Part shown: positions 46,913 through 55,966 of the stretch, one piece after another | How the letters are laid out: the number at the start of each line of letters is the position of its first letter | How positions within the stretch are numbered: the stretch's first letter is position 1 | Assembly (NCBI GenBank): GCA_965237575.1 | Contig: CBDEGI010000003.1 | Location: 1,993,952 to 2,057,951 of the forward strand | Direction: 5' to 3' | DNA: 64,000 bases | Source of the DNA: Bryobacterales bacterium | GTDB lineage: Bacteria; Acidobacteriota; Terriglobia; Bryobacterales; UBA6623 | The notes under the pieces: generated by a model | The model's database searches: none | Seen by the model: only the letters and a program-made list of their open reading frames with translations | What the model was told of the DNA's origin: nothing | Made by a program: the position numbers and the translations under genes

Positions 46913-47746
46913 CTACAAGTACGGGAACCACAGCCGACGCGCTGTCTCGCCGAGGATGTGGGCTTTCGCCTCATCGCTTAAAGGCAAGGCCTCGGTGAAG
47001 ATGCGCAGGTGCTCGGCGTAGGTAAGCTTCGGGGTCCACAGCGCGTTCGGGAAATTGCTGCCCCACACGCACCGTTCCGGGCCGTAGGTGTCAATGATCT
47101 TCAGCACCGCCTCGTGAAGGTCGCTGCCCGGATAGCCGATCTCGGTTCCGGTGCTGATGAAGTCGACCTTGGCGTAGAGGTTCTTGTACTTCGATAGGCG
47201 CAGGACTTCACGGAGCGTCTTGTCGTAGAGCGGTCCGGGCTTGAGGTCCATGCAGTGATCGAAGCCGATGGTCAGATCGGGGAACTCGCTGAGAAGTTTC
47301 TCGGCGCTCTCGACCCAGCCCAGGTTCATCAGGAAAATGTCGACGGTCGCGCCGCTGTCGGCCGCGGTCTTCCATAGCTTGCGTACGCCGTCGTGGTCGA
47401 ACGTAGTCCGCGAATTGCCCGGCGTGCTGCGGAGCGTCTTGACCCCGTACTCGCGCACGAACTGTTCGAGCAGTCCAGGGCTGTGCGGATCGTCGGGCTC
47501 GAGCGTGCACACCCCCGATACCCAATCGGGATTTAGCTTCGTCGCATCGCACAGATAGCGGTTGTCGTAGCCGTAGAAAGAGACGGTGTGCACAGCGCGC
47601 ACGGCGCTGACACCGTTCTCTAGGCTTACTTTGCGTAGATCGTCGAGCGAGCCCTTGCCGCCGGGAACGCGATACGGATCGTTTTTCGGCGGATAGCGTT
47701 CTTCGTCCGACGAGGTGATGTGGGCGTGGCAGTCGATGATCAGCAT
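46913..47746 (-). CDS. Amidohydrolase-2 (TIM-barrel metal-dependent hydrolase) family protein
   Basis: 277 aa. MLIIDCHAHI metal-binding N-terminus. Its start overlaps the upstream ROK gene stop by 1 nt (TAATG). Confidence 0.85.
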   Translation of the reverse strand: MLIIDCHAHITSSDEERYPPKNDPYRVPGGKGSLDDLRKVSLENGVSAVRAVHTVSFYGYDNRYLCDATKLNPDWVSGVCTLEPDDPHSPGLLEQFVREYGVKTLRSTPGNSRTTFDHDGVRKLWKTAADSGATVDIFLMNLGWVESAEKLLSEFPDLTIGFDHCMDLKPGPLYDKTLREVLRLSKYKNLYAKVDFISTGTEIGYPGSDLHEAVLKIIDTYGPERCVWGSNFPNALWTPKLTYAEHLRIFTEALPLSDEAKAHILGETARRLWFPYL

Positions 47747-48456
47747 TACGGCTCCCTCCAGAGCGCGATGCCACCGAGCAGGCCGGCGATGTTGGGCACA
47801 ACCTTGACGTTGTCGGGCAGCTCAAAGTCGATTTTCCTGGCGTTGCCGCCGCCGAGGTAGAGCGTGCGGAAATTGAAGACCCGCTGCAGAATCCGGACCG
47901 CCCTTTGCAGACGCTGGTTCCACTTCTTCTTACCGATTTCCTTGAGGACCGCGTCGCCCAAGCGTTCTTCGTAGGTCTTGTCTTTTTGGAACGGGTGATG
48001 CCCGAACTCAAGGTTCGAAACCGTGTGGCCGTTCACGTAGAGGGCCGTGCCGATGCCGGTGCCGAGCGTGATCACCAGCTCAACGCCCCTGCCCTCAATC
48101 ACGCCGAGACCCTGCATGTCGGCGTCGTTGGTGACACGGGTCGGCTTGCCGGCGATCTTCTCCAACGCTTCGACGAGGTTGAAGCCGTCCCAGTCCTTAT
48201 GCAGGTTGACCGCGGTGTGAGTAACGCCCTCGTCGATCACGCCGGGAAAGCCGACGGAAACGCGATCGAACTCCCCATGCTTGCCCATCATCGATCGCAG
48301 GACGTCGAGCACCGCTGTAGGGGTCGCTATCTTGGGAGTTGGGCGGCGTGTCCTTTCGGTAATTGGCTCACCGGCTTCATCGAGCACGATCATTTTTAGA
48401 CCGGTTCCGCCGATGTCGATGGCGAGGGTGCGAAGCCCTTGTCTGTGGTCTGCCAT
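47746..48456 (-). CDS. ppgK: ROK-family polyphosphate/ATP glucokinase
   Basis: 236 aa with ATP/polyP-binding LAIDIGGTGLK. It has the short ROK architecture typical of PpgK, without the Zn-Cys motif. Confidence 0.8.
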   Translation of the reverse strand: MADHRQGLRTLAIDIGGTGLKMIVLDEAGEPITERTRRPTPKIATPTAVLDVLRSMMGKHGEFDRVSVGFPGVIDEGVTHTAVNLHKDWDGFNLVEALEKIAGKPTRVTNDADMQGLGVIEGRGVELVITLGTGIGTALYVNGHTVSNLEFGHHPFQKDKTYEERLGDAVLKEIGKKKWNQRLQRAVRILQRVFNFRTLYLGGGNARKIDFELPDNVKVVPNIAGLLGGIALWREP

Positions 48457-48638
48457 GGTCGAAGTCTAGCCTAGGGCCTCGGGGCCGGACAAGGAACCCA
48501 AAGAGCGGCACGAGTTGAAGCAGTCCGACTCTCCTTTACAATAGTGAACTATTCCGTCCGCCCCGACGGCTCCCCCCGGATAGCTCCCGGGGTCCGGCCA
48601 TGTCGGGGCCGGCCGTTTCGGGGTCTGATCGGCAGCAA

Positions 48639-50930
48639 ATGAAATGGAATCGTTTGGTTGCGTCTAGCGGCCCAGCGCCGATGTGCATTGTGCCGTTGTG
48701 CGTCGCGGCGCTGTGTATGGCATTCGGGGTCGGCCCCGCCGCCTTTGCGCAAGAGCCGGGCGACCGAAACCTGCGTGCCGGCAGACTCAGCGAGCCTCCG
48801 AAGTTCGACGGTCTCGTGATCGAGCCTCTCTGGCAAGAGTTGGACGTCACGACCGATTTCACCCAGCAGAACCCGGATGAGGGTGAGGTTTCGGCCGAGA
48901 AGACCGAAGTCCGCATCGGCTTCGACGACCGTCACTTGTATATCGGCATCATTTGCTTCGACTCACAGCCTGAGAACATCGTCGTCACGCAAAACCGGCG
49001 GGACGCGGAGCTTGACGACACCGACTCCGTGCTGATTCTGCTCGACACCTTCAACGACGACCAGAACGCGGTGATCTTCGGCACCAGTCCCACTGGCATC
49101 GAGTTTGACGGACAGGTCTCGAAGGCCGGCCAGAGGCGCGGTGGAAGCGGTGGACCGGCCCGCGCGGGAGGCAGCGGCGGCGCGCAACGGGGCGGGGCCG
49201 CGGCGTTCAACCTCAACTGGGACGCTGTCTGGGAGGTCCGTTCGCAGATTACGAAGCGTGGCTGGGAGAGTGAACTGATCATTCCGTTCCGGACGTTGCG
49301 TTACAACCCCGGCACGGATCAAGTCTGGGGTCTGAACATTCAGCGCAATCTGCGGCGGCGCAACGAGCTGTCGTTCTGGGCGCCGATCTCACGAGCCTTC
49401 GAGTTTGCGCAGGTCAGCATGGCGGGCAGCCTTTCGGGGTTGGAAACCAGAACGCATCGCAACTTGAAGCTCTTACCGTACGTGCTCGGCGGGTTTTCGC
49501 AGGACTACCAGCGCGTCGAAGGCCAGTCTAAGCTCGAGCGCGACGCGGGGCTCGATGTCAAGTACAGCCTGACCCCGAGCCTGACACTTGACGCGACTGT
49601 CAACACCGACTTCGCCCAAGTCGAGGTCGATGACGAGCAGGTGAACCTTACGCGGTTCGACCTGTTCTTCCCGGAGAAGCGACGGTTCTTCCTGGAGAAC
49701 TCAGGGTTCTTCGAGTTCGGTTCTCCCCAGGAGGTGGAAATCTTTTTCTCGCGGCGCATCGGCCTGGACGAGGATCGCAATCCGGTTCCGATCAACGCCG
49801 GTGTTCGACTGAGCGGCAAGGCCGGTCCGTATCAAATCGGTCTGCTGAACATGCAGACTCGGGCCGTCGACTTTGCGGCGCCCGCGAACAATTACTCGGT
49901 AGCACGATTCAGCCGCGAGCTGCCCAATCGATCGTCGATCGGCGTCATCGGCGTCAACCGTCAATCGACGACGACTTTCACCGATTCCAGGCCGTACAAC
50001 CGCAGCTACGGTGCAGACGCCAATTTCGGGTTCGGCGAGTTCGCCAACTGGTTCAACTTTGTCGCCAAGACGGATACTCCCGGCCTCAGCGACAGCGATC
50101 ATACCTTTTCGTCGCGATTCGAGTATGACGACTCACGCCACCAGTTCACCCTCGGGTTCCTGGAAGTGGGAGATAACTTCAACCCCGAGGTGGGTTTCGT
50201 GCGCCGGGTGGGATTTCGCAAAGGGAACTATTTCTACCGCTACACGCACTACCTGCAAGACAGCCCCATCCGCAGCGTCGAGCCGCACGTCTTCATTCAG
50301 AACTGGTACACGCTGGGTACGAACGAGAAGGAATCAGGCTTCGAGCACTTTCATGTCGATTCCCGCTGGCAGGACGGGGGGCGGCTGGGCCTCGCCTGGA
50401 ACCGCAACTTCGAGCGGTTGGACGTACCCTTTGAAGTCCATCCGGGAATCTTTGTCCCGGTCGGCCGCTACCCCTTCGACGAGTTGATCGCCAACTATCA
50501 GACCGACCCCAGTGCACCGCTGTTCCTGCGCGGCAACGCGGCGGTCGGCGACTTCTACAACGGGACCATCCGCACGCTCAACTTTGAGGGCGGCTACCGA
50601 CGCGGCAAGAACTTGACGTGGACGGGCAGTTACATCCGCAACTTCATCCGTTTGCCGGTGGGCGACTTTAACACCGACCTGATCGGCCTGCGCTTCAACT
50701 GGACGTTTACACCGAAGAGTTTCCTGCAAACCTTCAGCCAGTACAACAGCACCACGAATCAGATCGGGCACAACATCCGGTTTGCGCTGCTCTCGACCTC
50801 GAGTACGGGGTTGTTCGTGGTCTACAATACCGCCACGTCAACAACCGACTTTCGCGACCCGCACGACATCGAGCGCCGCACGCTCTCGCGGGCGTTGTTC
50901 CTCAAATTCAGCCATTTGTTGGATTACTGA
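48639..50930 (+). CDS. Exported DUF5916 / carbohydrate-binding-family-9-like domain protein
   Basis: About 760 aa. The signal peptide ends AFAQE. The N-terminal CBM9-like segment (DGLVIEPLWQ...) and long beta-rich C-terminus resemble the DUF5916 family, recognised from memory. The start is ambiguous (48600, 48639 or 48681). Confidence 0.7.
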   Translation: MKWNRLVASSGPAPMCIVPLCVAALCMAFGVGPAAFAQEPGDRNLRAGRLSEPPKFDGLVIEPLWQELDVTTDFTQQNPDEGEVSAEKTEVRIGFDDRHLYIGIICFDSQPENIVVTQNRRDAELDDTDSVLILLDTFNDDQNAVIFGTSPTGIEFDGQVSKAGQRRGGSGGPARAGGSGGAQRGGAAAFNLNWDAVWEVRSQITKRGWESELIIPFRTLRYNPGTDQVWGLNIQRNLRRRNELSFWAPISRAFEFAQVSMAGSLSGLETRTHRNLKLLPYVLGGFSQDYQRVEGQSKLERDAGLDVKYSLTPSLTLDATVNTDFAQVEVDDEQVNLTRFDLFFPEKRRFFLENSGFFEFGSPQEVEIFFSRRIGLDEDRNPVPINAGVRLSGKAGPYQIGLLNMQTRAVDFAAPANNYSVARFSRELPNRSSIGVIGVNRQSTTTFTDSRPYNRSYGADANFGFGEFANWFNFVAKTDTPGLSDSDHTFSSRFEYDDSRHQFTLGFLEVGDNFNPEVGFVRRVGFRKGNYFYRYTHYLQDSPIRSVEPHVFIQNWYTLGTNEKESGFEHFHVDSRWQDGGRLGLAWNRNFERLDVPFEVHPGIFVPVGRYPFDELIANYQTDPSAPLFLRGNAAVGDFYNGTIRTLNFEGGYRRGKNLTWTGSYIRNFIRLPVGDFNTDLIGLRFNWTFTPKSFLQTFSQYNSTTNQIGHNIRFALLSTSSTGLFVVYNTATSTTDFRDPHDIERRTLSRALFLKFSHLLDY

Positions 50931-51061
50931 GCGTCCGAAAATTTCCTATCCGTAAGCAGGGGCGGGCCGAGAAGCCAGACGCGCTGGGTTTCAACCGCAA
51001 ACTCTTCCGATAGCCAGCGAATGAGTTTGGGGGACAACTGCTCGTCAAGCCACACTTCCAT
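50924..51061 (-). pseudogene. DUF5615 (PIN/Mut7-C-like toxin partner of DUF433), truncated to 45 codons
   Basis: MEVWLDEQLSPKLIRWLSEEF... matches the DUF5615 N-terminus (M..LLDENLSPRLARWL). The ORF starts 18 nt after the DUF433 stop and ends inside the last 7 nt of the convergent DUF5916 gene. Family members are about 110-120 aa. Confidence 0.55.
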
Positions 51062-51079
51062 CGGCGGGGCCGCAGGGCT

Positions 51080-51307
51080 TTATCGGCTTGCTAGAACCGG
51101 GTGGTCCACAGACCGCGAGGCGTACCCCAGAGCGGCCTTCAGGTCTTCTTTTTCGAGGTATGGCAGCTCGTCTAGAATCTCGTCCGAGCGTAGACCGGCG
51201 GCAAACAAGTCAAGAACATCGGAAACGCGAACCCTGGTGTCACGGATACACGGCCGGCCGCTGCAGCGTTCCGGGTCGCTCGTAATTCGGTCTGTCAGGT
51301 CTGCCAT
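51080..51307 (-). CDS. DUF433 domain protein (antitoxin-like HTH)
   Basis: 75 aa. ITSDPERCSGRPCIRDTRVRVSDVLDLFAAG...DEILDELPYLEKEDLKAALGYA is the canonical DUF433 pattern. Confidence 0.85.
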   Translation of the reverse strand: MADLTDRITSDPERCSGRPCIRDTRVRVSDVLDLFAAGLRSDEILDELPYLEKEDLKAALGYASRSVDHPVLASR

Positions 51308-51395
51308 GACGGTCCGTCTAATGTTACCATCGGATCCTGGGGATCGAGATCAGCTCGTCACGACGCTGATGCGCCGATTCTGTGCTGCGCATAGG

Positions 51396-51605
51396 TCACA
51401 ACCGGCGCGTGCGGCGGTACTCTTCCGGCGGGATCACGCGACCATGACGGATGTCTTCTAGGCCCTCTTGGACCGCTGCCTCAGTCGCGGGAGACAGATC
51501 CTCTTCGGAGCTTTCGCGAAGATCTTCCAGGTACTCCCGCAGATCCTGCAACTGCTCATCCGGGAGCGTGTCCACTAGTCGATGCAGTTCTTGGCGGGCT
51601 GCCAT
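51396..51605 (-). CDS. Small acidic antitoxin-like protein (69 aa)
   Basis: ELHRLVDTLPDEQLQDLREYLEDL ... VQEGLEDIRHGRVIPPEE resembles type II antitoxin-like proteins. The assignment is tentative. Confidence 0.45.
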   Translation of the reverse strand: MAARQELHRLVDTLPDEQLQDLREYLEDLRESSEEDLSPATEAAVQEGLEDIRHGRVIPPEEYRRTRRL

Positions 51606-51696
51606 GGCGTGATTCCTTCCTGATCATAGCGTGCGCTCCCCGCATGCTACACTCATCCCGAATCGCGCCGCGAACAACCGGCCCCGGAGGAGTGTT

Positions 51697-52989
51697 ATGC
51701 ACCGTCACCCTCATCGACACCACAGTCGGCGACAGTTTCTCCGGCAGACCACGATCGGCTCCTCGCTCGTCTGTGGCCTGGTCCCCGGCGCGCAGGACCT
51801 GCTCAAAGCGCAACCGGCCCGCTCACACAAGTATGACCTGCTCATCAAGGGCGGCAAGCTGGTCGATCCGACCCAGGAAATCTCGGAGAACCGCGACATC
51901 GCCATCTCAGGTACGAAGGTCGTCAAGCTGGCGCAGAACATCCCTGAATCAGAAGCCCTGCACGTCCTCAAGGCCCACGGTAAGATCGTCACGCCGGGCC
52001 TGATCGACATGCACGTGCATGTCTATGACGGCGTGGCGCCGCTCGCCATTCCAGCCGACCCCAACCATATCGCGCGCGGCGTCACGACGGTGGTCGATGC
52101 GGGTTCGGCCGGCGCGAATACCTTTCCGGGCTTTCGTAAGTACGTCATCAACCAGGTCGATACGCGTGTCTACGCGATGCTCAACATCTCGGTCATTGGG
52201 CAGTCGACGCTGTCGCGGGACAACGCCTGGGGCGAGCTCCTCGAGCTGCGGTACGCCAACCCGGGGCTGACAGCCGCGACGATTGAAAGGCATCGCGATG
52301 TGATCCTGGGAGTCAAGATCCGCCTGTCACAAAGTATCGCCGGCGAGCACGACCTGAAAGCCTTGGGCATGGCCCGGGAGGCTGCGGACGCCGTCAAGCT
52401 GCCGCTGATGGTACACATTGGCGCATCGTTCTCGCCGATCAAAGACATCATGGCGATGCTCAAGAAGGGCGACGTCGTTACGCACAGCTTCCGCGGCAGC
52501 GACGGGGGCATCCTCGACGACAACGGTCGCGTACTGCCGTCGGTGCATCAGGCACTGGCGCGCGGCGTGCACCTCGATATCGGCCATGGCGCGGGCAGCT
52601 TCTCGTTCGATACCGCCGAGAAGGCCTTAGAGCAGGACGTGTTGCCCGGGACGATCTCGAGCGACGTCCATCAATGGAACGTCAACGGCCCGGTGTTTGA
52701 CCTCGCGACGACACTTTCGAAGTTCATGCATCTGGGTCTGACGCTCGATCAAGTGGTCGAGCGCGCCACCAAGAACCCCTCGATGATCCACGGCCAGTTG
52801 AACGGGCTGGGGACGCTGAAGGTCGGGGCCGAGGCGGATGCCGCCGTGTTTTCACTAGACGAAGGGGACTTCGTTTTCACCGACGCGCTGAGCGCCACGC
52901 GGATCGGCCATCAGCTCCTGCGGCCCGTCGCAACGGTAAAGGGCGGACATCTGTACGGTATGGCGTCGATCCCGGTGACGCGGCTGTAG
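51697..52989 (+). CDS. Amidohydrolase/deacetylase-family metallohydrolase (dihydroorotase-like), Tat-exported
   Basis: Twin-arginine leader HSRRQFLRQTTIGSS and metal motif GLIDMHVHVYDG. GGAGGAG lies upstream of the ATG at 51697; the track start is 51631. Confidence 0.85.
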   Translation: MHRHPHRHHSRRQFLRQTTIGSSLVCGLVPGAQDLLKAQPARSHKYDLLIKGGKLVDPTQEISENRDIAISGTKVVKLAQNIPESEALHVLKAHGKIVTPGLIDMHVHVYDGVAPLAIPADPNHIARGVTTVVDAGSAGANTFPGFRKYVINQVDTRVYAMLNISVIGQSTLSRDNAWGELLELRYANPGLTAATIERHRDVILGVKIRLSQSIAGEHDLKALGMAREAADAVKLPLMVHIGASFSPIKDIMAMLKKGDVVTHSFRGSDGGILDDNGRVLPSVHQALARGVHLDIGHGAGSFSFDTAEKALEQDVLPGTISSDVHQWNVNGPVFDLATTLSKFMHLGLTLDQVVERATKNPSMIHGQLNGLGTLKVGAEADAAVFSLDEGDFVFTDALSATRIGHQLLRPVATVKGGHLYGMASIPVTRL

Positions 52990-53011
52990 GGGCTTTCGAA
53001 GTCTCTGCGAT

Positions 53012-54388
53012 ATGGGCCTTTACAGTCATCCACGCACTGGGCGGATTGGCAGGCGGCTGTTGCTCCGCCTGGGTATGGCGGCGGCCGGCCTGCTGTGTCT
53101 GGCGGCTTGTCAAGCAGCCGAGCCGGATGTACGCTCCCTCACGATCCTCCACACCAGCGATTTGCACGCCCGCTTGCTGCCTGACTCGCAAGGCCGCGGC
53201 GGCTTCGCGTACTTGGCCGCTGCCATCAAGCAAGAGAGAGCAAAGGCCCCCGACTCGACCCTGGTGCTACACGCAGGCGACTTCGTCCAAGGGACGCCTG
53301 TCTCAACGATCTTCGAGGGAGTCCCGATCTGGGAGGTGGCCAATCACCTGGGTTTCGACGCCAACACGATCGGCAATCACGAGTTCGATTACGGCTGGCG
53401 AAAGATCCTCGAGTTCCTCGACAAAGCTCGCTTCCCGACCGTCACCGCCAACCTGGTCAACGGGGAGGGACAGCTTCTCACCGACCAGCCGCATGTCATA
53501 CGCGAGGTCGGCGGCATGCGCGTGGCTATCATCGGCGCCGTGACGGCCGACCTGCCGAAGCTCACTCGAACGGACTTCCGCGGCCCCTGGCGCGCTTTGC
53601 CCGTCGCCGAGACGGTGCGGCGCTATGCCCGCGAGCTGCGGAATGAGGCCGACCTGGTCGTCGTGCTCTCGCACACCTTCGACTACGAGGACGACGAAGT
53701 TCTTGGCCGTGCGCCCGAGGTCAACGTCGTCATCGCCGGCCATAACCACGGCGGGCAGGAGGAGGCCAAGGAAGTCGACGGCCGCGTCTGCGTCAAGGTG
53801 CGCGCGTACGGCCGCGAGCTGGGGCGCCTCGATCTGCGCGTCGATGTTCCGAACAAACGCGTCATCTCTTACGAATGGAAGCGCTTGCCGATTAACACCG
53901 ACCGCTACGATCCCGATGAGACCGTGGCGAAGCTCGTGGACCGCTGGGAGGCAAAGGTTTCCGAGGTGGTCGATGTGCCGATCGGCGAGTCGAAGCACCG
54001 GCTCGGCTCCCGCCAGCTCAGGCCCCTCATCGAAGACCTGATAGCCAGGGAAGTGGGAGCCGACCTCGCCTACATGAACCGCGGCGGCATCCGCGACGGG
54101 CTGCCCGAGGGCCAGATCCTCGCGCGCCACATCTGGAACATCCTCCCGTTCGGGAACACCATCTTCTATGGACAGGTGCGGGGCAAGGACCTTCCCGAAG
54201 TCGTCACCGAGGGCCGCCGACTCGACCCGCAGCGGATGTACACCGTCGCGACCAACAGCTTTATCGGCGAGCAATGGCGCGAGCAAGGTATCGGCCTTCC
54301 CAACGAGGGCCGGCGCGTCCGAGACGTGCTGATCGATTGGATCAAGAAACAGCGTGTGGTCCAAGTCACTCCCACCAGGGGCAACTAG
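53012..54388 (+). CDS. Bifunctional metallophosphatase/5'-nucleotidase (UshA-like) lipoprotein
   Basis: Motifs ILHTSDLHARL, HAGDFVQGTP, GNHEFDYG and SHTFDYEDDE. The signal ends LLCLAAC. Confidence 0.9.
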   Translation: MGLYSHPRTGRIGRRLLLRLGMAAAGLLCLAACQAAEPDVRSLTILHTSDLHARLLPDSQGRGGFAYLAAAIKQERAKAPDSTLVLHAGDFVQGTPVSTIFEGVPIWEVANHLGFDANTIGNHEFDYGWRKILEFLDKARFPTVTANLVNGEGQLLTDQPHVIREVGGMRVAIIGAVTADLPKLTRTDFRGPWRALPVAETVRRYARELRNEADLVVVLSHTFDYEDDEVLGRAPEVNVVIAGHNHGGQEEAKEVDGRVCVKVRAYGRELGRLDLRVDVPNKRVISYEWKRLPINTDRYDPDETVAKLVDRWEAKVSEVVDVPIGESKHRLGSRQLRPLIEDLIAREVGADLAYMNRGGIRDGLPEGQILARHIWNILPFGNTIFYGQVRGKDLPEVVTEGRRLDPQRMYTVATNSFIGEQWREQGIGLPNEGRRVRDVLIDWIKKQRVVQVTPTRGN

Positions 54389-54476
54389 CCCGACTTTCGC
54401 GATTCGACCCGCGAACAAACTTTTTTTGAGGGTGCCCGAGACGTAGGTTCTTCGCGAAGCCGTTCAGAGTAAAACT

Positions 54477-54825
54477 ATGTTCCTGCGCGCCAGAACTCGC
54501 CGCAAGGACGGCAAACAACATCGCTACTGGAGCGTCGTCGAAAAACCGTCGCGTGCGCGGCGGACGCGTCGTCCAACACCAGCTGTTGCACCTCGGCGAA
54601 CTCAACGATCACCAACGCGCCGGTTGGGTCCGCACCATCGGAACGCTGGCCGAGATGCGCGCGCGGGGCGTCGATTATCTGGTGGGTACACCGAAGGGAC
54701 GGCTGACGAAACTGGAGCAGGAGTTGTTGCAGCGGCCCTGGGTGCAAGCGCGGGAAACGGTGGCGGTGAAGCTGCTGGAGCAGGAGGATGAGTTCTACGT
54801 GTACGTCGAGAGTCAGGACCGAGTG
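54477..54825 (+). mobile_element. Relic of an IS4/IS1634-superfamily-like transposase gene (frameshifted, internally deleted, DDE domain absent)
   Basis: MFLRARTRRKDGKQHRYWSVVE then, after a 1-nt insertion in the A-run at 54541-54545, NRRVRGGRVVQHQLLHLGELNDHQRAGW. Homology then jumps to ...MRARGVDYLVGTPKGRLTKLEQELL..W..ARE.VAVKLL and stops. The family was recognised from memory. Confidence 0.6.
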
Positions 54826-54863
54826 GGGCCTTCACCCCTCAATCGCGTTCGGGGAATAGTCGT

Positions 54864-55883
54864 CTATGACGGCCGCTTGCGCCGGGCGTAGCTGTGTCGA
54901 AACTCTCGCGTCGTTTCAAACACCGGCGGTAGGGGCCGGCCATTGGGGATGGTGAGCCATAGGCGGAGCATGTGGCGACGCCGTTCGGGTTCCGAGTGGT
55001 CTTCAAAAGCAGTTCGCGAATGGACGATCTCGTAATTGTTCGCGACCAGGATGTCTCCCGGTAACGTCTCAAAGTCCAGGCTGACTCCCGGCTCTTCACA
55101 GACATCGTCCATGAGGTCAAGCGCCTCGACCTGCTCGCTGGTCAGGGGGGGCACCTCGGGGAAGCGTTGCGCGAGATCGATGTAGAAGCGCTTGTGCAAA
55201 ACACTCAAGAAACCGGCGTGGTAGTGGAAGACCGGCAGCTTCTGGTAGCGCGGTTCACCCGGAGCCTGCTGGCCGCGGGCGTCAAAGTAGAAGGGCTGCT
55301 GTAGAACCACGGCCAAGTCCGGCCGGCGGCGCACGATCTCGTTGAAAACGGTGGTAGCGCTTACGAGCCGGCTGCGGCCGCCCTGTCTCGCATTGCGCAG
55401 GCACAGCAGCATGAAAATATCGCTGCCGTCGTTGTGAAACGGGATCTCCTGGTTGGTCTGGTATTTACGGACGTCGTCCGCTCTCAAGTCCTGCCCGGTG
55501 TCGCGCACATGATGCAAGAGGTTGCCCGCGCGGTCCTGCTCCTCGGGGGTGCCGAGGTGGACGCCGAGACCCCAGAAGAGGAGCGCCGCATCGTCTTCGG
55601 AGCAGTCTTCGGCCGGCAATCCGCGGATCAACGCGAAGCCGCGGCCGCCCTCGATTTGATCCTGTAGCTCGCGGCGGAGCGGGCCGAACGAGGGCAGGGG
55701 GAAGTCCTCCGCGCGGACCTCGAACAGGGTCTTGCCCGAGCGAGGGACCGCTTCCCGATTCGCCTCCAGCTCGGTGATGCCCCTTTTGTCCAACTCGTAG
55801 ATCCAGGCGGGGTCCGCCGCGAAGTCGGAACCTCGCCAAGCCGCCGGGGTTTCAAGGGGTTGCTGGAGGATCTCAGCCATCAC
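54864..55883 (-). CDS. TauD/TfdA-family Fe(II)/2-oxoglutarate-dependent dioxygenase
   Basis: 339 aa with the HxD facial-triad motif FHNDGSD and distal His (IVHSRTAF). Confidence 0.85.
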   Translation of the reverse strand: MMAEILQQPLETPAAWRGSDFAADPAWIYELDKRGITELEANREAVPRSGKTLFEVRAEDFPLPSFGPLRRELQDQIEGGRGFALIRGLPAEDCSEDDAALLFWGLGVHLGTPEEQDRAGNLLHHVRDTGQDLRADDVRKYQTNQEIPFHNDGSDIFMLLCLRNARQGGRSRLVSATTVFNEIVRRRPDLAVVLQQPFYFDARGQQAPGEPRYQKLPVFHYHAGFLSVLHKRFYIDLAQRFPEVPPLTSEQVEALDLMDDVCEEPGVSLDFETLPGDILVANNYEIVHSRTAFEDHSEPERRRHMLRLWLTIPNGRPLPPVFETTREFRHSYARRKRPS

Positions 55884-55966
55884 TTCGTTGCGGCTAGGCG
55901 GGGTCGCCAGGAAGTACTGCTAGGGTAGCGGCCGGGGCTGACGCGGCTCGGCCCGCGGCGTGATTC

